DNA of 64,000 nucleotides. Source: Psilocybe cubensis. Its lineage: Eukaryota. The notes beneath the pieces were generated by a model. The model was not told the DNA's origin, made no database searches, and worked only from the letters and a program-made list of their open reading frames with translations. Made by a program: the position numbers and the translations under genes. The stretch is taken from NCBI GenBank assembly GCA_017499595.2, contig CM039002.1, positions 806,001 through 870,000 on the forward strand. The letters run 5' to 3'. Below, piece after piece: positions 63,012 through 64,000 of this stretch (its first letter is position 1; each line of letters begins with the position of its first letter).

Positions 63012-64000
63012 CACTGTGGGTTAAAGGCGCACGCTAAAGCGGGGTGCTTCGGCTGGGCCTACTATTGAACATACCGTCCTAGACCATAAAGGAAGACTAT
63101 AAAGAACTGAGCTGAGTTTTGTCGGTAAGGTTGTTTCCAAGTTACCATGCTTGATTGTGTTTGTGACAGGACCCGGGAAGCTCCCGTACAGGCATGTCCG
63201 GATTTTCGCGGATTTGAGGCCAAAAAATGGCAATTTCTTTGTCCAGTTCTCGCGGATTTGAGGGCGCCGCAGGCAAAATTTTGGCCAAACAAAGTCCGGT
63301 TTGGCGGATTTGAGGCCCATATTTTTAAAAAACTTCTGTAGTAATTGTTCAAAGGCGGCATGCCGCAACCATTTTTTCCCAGATGCAGCTAATTGTTGGC
63401 CAAATTTGGGGCCGGGATCCTGCTTAGATTGCAATGATTGGCCAGCGTCTATTATCTAAGAGCGGTAGACGATGGAAATCAACGGAAACGCACAGTAGTA
63501 AATCGAAGCAAGGTTACATTTCCTATATACAGCATATTGGTGAAACTTGAAGACGTCTTTTCTCTGTTACCCTGACATATTTCTTCACTATCCTGATAAC
63601 TAGTAATGGAGGTTCCACCTCCTCAAAATCCTTCCCCTCGAGGCCTGTAACACCTAAATATCTACTCCATATGTTTCTTTTGCAATCAATTAATGACTTG
63701 TCGAGCCGTCGAGTGGTTTTGCAAGCTCGCCCCGCAGGGCTGAAAAAAATTCCTAATCGGGAAAGCCCCTATCGGGCATTGTCCGGTTTCGCGGATTTGA
63801 GCCCCAAAATCTCGCGGATTTGAGGGCAAAAATTGGGATCCCAGGCGGACATGCTTATAGGGGAGCTTCCCGGGTCCTTTTGTGACGTCTCCGGTCGGAA
63901 TGAGACCACAGTTCACCACCGCACACCAAAACACATGAATTTTGGTTTTCTGTTCGTATAAGATCCCAAATGGGAAGTGGCCGAGAAATGGAGGAAATAG
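63012..64000. mobile_element. Second CACTG-terminated element (probably short, non-autonomous), right end outside the window
   Basis: Starts CACTGTGGG, identical to the giant element's first 9 nt. GCGGATTTGAG at 63208, 63252, 63304, 63791 and 63814. A 33-bp inverted repeat at 63168-63200 / 63846-63878 (30/33). Confidence 0.7.

Noticed and set aside
63021-63934. ORFs 63021..63434, 63062..63361 and 63686..63934
   Set aside because: They run through the repeat array and carry no protein motif; likely spurious.

Overview
Intron-rich fungal genomic DNA, most consistent with an Agaricomycete (mushroom-forming basidiomycete). The dominant feature is an apparently single 30,359-bp CACTA/CMC-type DNA transposon at 3888-34246. 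It has CACTGTGGGA...TCCCACAGTG inverted termini, is flanked on both sides by CTGA (4-bp target-site duplication), and has subterminal repeats. It carries an intact-looking Tnp2-family transposase plus cargo enriched for chromatin/transcription functions: a TET/JBP-like 2OG-Fe(II) dioxygenase, a divergent Spt5 (NGN+KOW) paralogue, an RTC4-domain protein, and a decayed intron-containing copy of an Sds3/Dep1-like HDAC-complex gene. Two paralogous perfect hairpins with a compensatory base-pair change lie in its non-coding regions. Two smaller CACTG-terminated elements lie elsewhere (38186-38399, and 63012 to beyond the window). Host genes are a GMC oxidoreductase, an O-fucosyltransferase-like protein, a Ran1-like pseudokinase, a CBM1-GH10 xylanase, a Baeyer-Villiger monooxygenase, an NmrA-like reductase, an HSPA12-like Hsp70 with a long WG-rich tail, COQ9, eIF3j, three tandem F-box-like genes and a small Cys-rich protein. 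All family calls come from motif recognition by eye, and exon boundaries are approximate.
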